Assembly: GCA_964270895.1 (NCBI GenBank)
Contig: OZ185444.1
Length of the DNA: 64,000 bases
Source: Podarcis filfolensis
Taxonomy: Eukaryota
Direction: 5' to 3' (one strand)
Below the pieces are notes generated by a model. The model saw only the letters and a list, made by a program, of their open reading frames with translations, was not told the origin of the DNA and did not search any database. Positions 63,130-64,000 of the stretch are shown here, in pieces (position 1 is the first letter of the stretch; each line of letters begins with the position of its first letter). The position numbers were made by a program, and so were the translations under genes.

Positions 63130-64000
63130 CTAAATATTAAAAAGAAAAATACAATTTTAGAGCAATTTCATTATCTATACATGACTTAACAAATCCCTTT
63201 TTGCTACGTAATTCTACAAACACCTTAAGAATATGCTGCACAGTTGCTCTTTTGGTATTTAGTGAATTTAACAGGACTCTTTATGTCCTATGCTTTCTAG
63301 AAGTTACAGTATCAATATCAAGTGGAACTCTACTGTAGGCGTTTCTAACATGGAGAAAAGATAGCTGCAGATTTCTCCTACCCACAGTGTTACTTGAGTA
63401 ATAGTGGTTTTATTTGAGTTTTCCCCACAAATATATGTGCTGCAGAGTCCAAACAAAGCAATTCCCAAGAAAATCAAGCATTTGTTTTGGAGCACATCAT
63501 TCCAGTATATGCTGAAATTCCTAGTCACTTCAGAAACTTGAGTTCAACAAACACGAGAGTTAAGCAGAAGTCTATTTCTGTTTTCCCAATACAAAAGTAA
63601 TTATTTTTATAACCACAATGCACAACATGGCAACACCCACCTAGATGCTGAACATCAGGAGGAAGCAAAGCTACATCTCTAAGGGGTCTTTTCCTTATTA
63701 CATATTACACAGAAGCCCACAGTGCAATAACAGGCAGGGCCAAGACATAAGCTTCAAATACATTTTTATTTTAAGGATAGCGGAAATTGTATATCTGGCC
63801 TCAACAATTAGATCTACATGGTTCACCTTTGAACTAATCCTTCTCATGTAGGAAAGGATCACTCAGCAAGTCATTCGGTGAGCCAGATTCTGCATTTCTG
63901 CTAATTCATTAGTTCAGTACTAGCTGGAACAAGTCCAGGTTTCTCCCTTACACATCTTATCACTTCCCATCTGTGGTATTTCAGTACTATTCAACTGGAC

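Overview
Vertebrate genomic DNA, almost certainly a squamate and probably a lacertid lizard, judging by Sauria SINEs with the GGTAAAGGGACCCCTGACC head, a Bov-B fragment and lizard-type MITEs. Two minus-strand protein-coding genes lie in the same order as at the human POC1B-ATP2B1 locus. (1) POC1B, a centriolar WD40 protein: coding exons 1-10 are mapped base by base between 17480 and 2156 (1116 nt, 372 codons), and exons 11-12 lie left of the window. It has a CpG-island promoter at about 17.2-17.9 kb with an RFX X-box. (2) ATP2B1 (PMCA1): coding exons 3 to last are mapped between 63129 and 31782, and the ATG exon lies right of the window. It has a roughly 3 kb 3'UTR, and its alternative site-C exon is largely hidden in an assembly gap. 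Exon numbers follow the human genes as recalled. The rest is intronic or intergenic DNA rich in L2, L1/Tx1, RTE/Bov-B and CR1 LINE fragments, SINEs, hAT and Tc1/mariner-type MITEs and microsatellites. There are two N gaps. The most notable observations are: no GALNT4 in POC1B intron 2, where mammals carry it; a GC-AG intron in ATP2B1; a pre-miRNA-like hairpin in POC1B intron 6; an in-frame upstream ATG and a uORF in the POC1B leader; and candidate exons of a divergent transcript. I found no wholly novel multi-gene system that I can support from sequence alone.
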